A DNA stretch of 63,202 bases, filler included, from an uncultured Myxococcia bacterium (lineage in GTDB: Bacteria; CAZTWC01): assembly GCA_964617105.1 (NCBI GenBank). It is 10 parts of 10 records of this genome, joined end to end, with 100 filler letters (N's around TTAATTAATTAA, not from the genome) between each part and the next. Parts side by side here need not be neighbours in the genome. Positions count along the whole stretch, not along the records: positions 57,054 to 63,202 come from CAZTWC010000236.1; 9 more parts are not named here. One strand, written 5' to 3'. Positions 63,101 to 63,202 of this stretch are shown one piece after another. Numbering within the stretch: the stretch's first letter is position 1; the number at the start of each line of letters is the position of its first letter. Made by a program: the position numbers and the translations under genes. The notes under the pieces are model-generated. The model searched no databases. It was given only the letters and a program-made list of their open reading frames with translations, and was not told the origin of the DNA.

Positions 63101-63202
63101 GAAAATACGCAACCGGTACACTGAGGTGTTAAAAATTGGCGCCGGCAAGTACGGTATAGCCGCTCTATGCCGGATAGGAATGGCCTATCAGGAGTTTGCC
63201 AA
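60180..63202 (+). CDS. Large exported TPR protein, GltD/AgmU (NfsD)-like; 3'-partial, absent from the ORF track
   Basis: GTG start after AGAGGGG; signal peptide and K/R-rich linker; LLFQLGELYWEKS, YKLAWCDFNL, IAALCRIGMAYQEFA; frame consistent at both ends (about 1000 codons). Confidence 0.8.
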   Translation, partial: MLRGKIFLWAFTFSMALAFSMVSIDAFQSEGQFIQAAQAKKKTKKKRKKRRIKRKLLKGPSLDDARTKKTKDEKEKKEIEKGPAKFDMPRMRVPSKDAERNVLAEKKRDEAIEQLRKLIPTFPDSPQKADLLFQLGELYWEKSKYLYFQEMKAYDRLYDRYLQKEDKGLKVREPKMNDKRSGIVKKQSMKIYKHILRKYPYYPRRDEVLFIMGYNFYDMGKKRKGVGHYWKLIKQHPKSPYVPDAYLAMGEHFFNQRKLQKAITAYKKAMSDRKSKVYAYALYKLAWCDFNLGEYAESIRKFKKVIAYSELQKKKADANRIRLTREALNDIVLAFSQVDAVEAAKEYMERVGGIEIGHKLFTKLARIYMDQGKYEQSIRSYRILINENPFSPMAPVYQGKIARGFDRMGSKKRVIVEMKRLVNLYRPRSPWAKANRANRQALINAYDLTESALRELAINYHTEAQKTGSQITYKTTRELYKQYLKNFPKGAHAYKLRFFYAEILFLIQEYEMASNQYDLVVKEKPTGLYAKNAAYNAILAYEKLVYGFKKRTLRKGEKLKEKEHKGNIKRMVKVKKLVKGREYEKKDIPDYEQKLAASCERYFNIAPKSQELKLVKFKAAKIYYDYNHFEEAAKRFGEIISRWPTSKFGNMAAHLILDSFNVKEDWVNLNKWARIFRKNKKLTKGKKRKKFSKELQSLIEGASFKIVMGIEAEKKYEDAAKKYLVFVDEFPKSKYSDTALYNAMVAYNNLEKLDKAAKSGERLLAEYKKTKLAEDSLWKLASFYGHMAHLKKSADYYHNFSKKYKKSKKRCDALFNSAVLYEGLGDNTTAIKNYNKYAKICRKNKDVPDIYFKIGLIYNKEENWPKALRIFTRFPRKYRKKGTPLRKYSALYYQAKALMNMKKVKRAERLYLTIQKEYHKLPEELKTSQQVLHYVAETYFYFVEQEFVKYFNIKLRLPQRRLRKDLKAKALALQKIRNRYTEVLKIGAGKYGIAALCRIGMAYQEFA

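Overview
This window is ten unlinked contigs of about 6.15-6.35 kb in descending size order, joined by artificial 100-nt N/TTAATTAATTAA/N linkers, so gene neighbourhoods are only meaningful within a contig. The content fits an AT-rich Myxococcota/Deltaproteobacteria-like draft genome. Housekeeping genes include xerD, a pseudouridine synthase, a two-subunit methylmalonyl-CoA mutase, tadA with tRNA-Ser(CGA), atpH/A/G, metK, biotin carboxylase/BCCP, alaS and dsbD. Myxobacterial-type surface and motility genes include Cys-rich DNDCDG-repeat lipoproteins, a giant PKD/Ig-repeat lipoprotein, a Tgl/PilF-like TPR lipoprotein and a glt/nfs-like OMP-OMP-gltC-gltD cluster. Signalling genes include PilZ, GAF-GGEEF, a hybrid kinase, CheR-TPR, PP2C and a Ser/Thr kinase. 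Anaerobic-type metabolism is represented by NuoE/NuoF-like subunits and a 2-hydroxyacyl-CoA dehydratase. The best leads are: (1) tandem B12-radical SAM paralogues with C-terminal PqqD/RRE-like domains behind a 41-bp tandem repeat, a candidate RiPP-modifying system; (2) a divergent HUH/RAYT-like gene preceded by a 3x62-bp double-hairpin array and nested palindromic elements; (3) two AAA-DUF4143-type genes, each with an inverted repeat just upstream of its start; (4) an unannotated 57-aa Tyr-rich ORF; (5) a hybrid kinase with a degenerate first HisKA and a D-to-E receiver. All family calls come from motif recognition by eye, not database searches.
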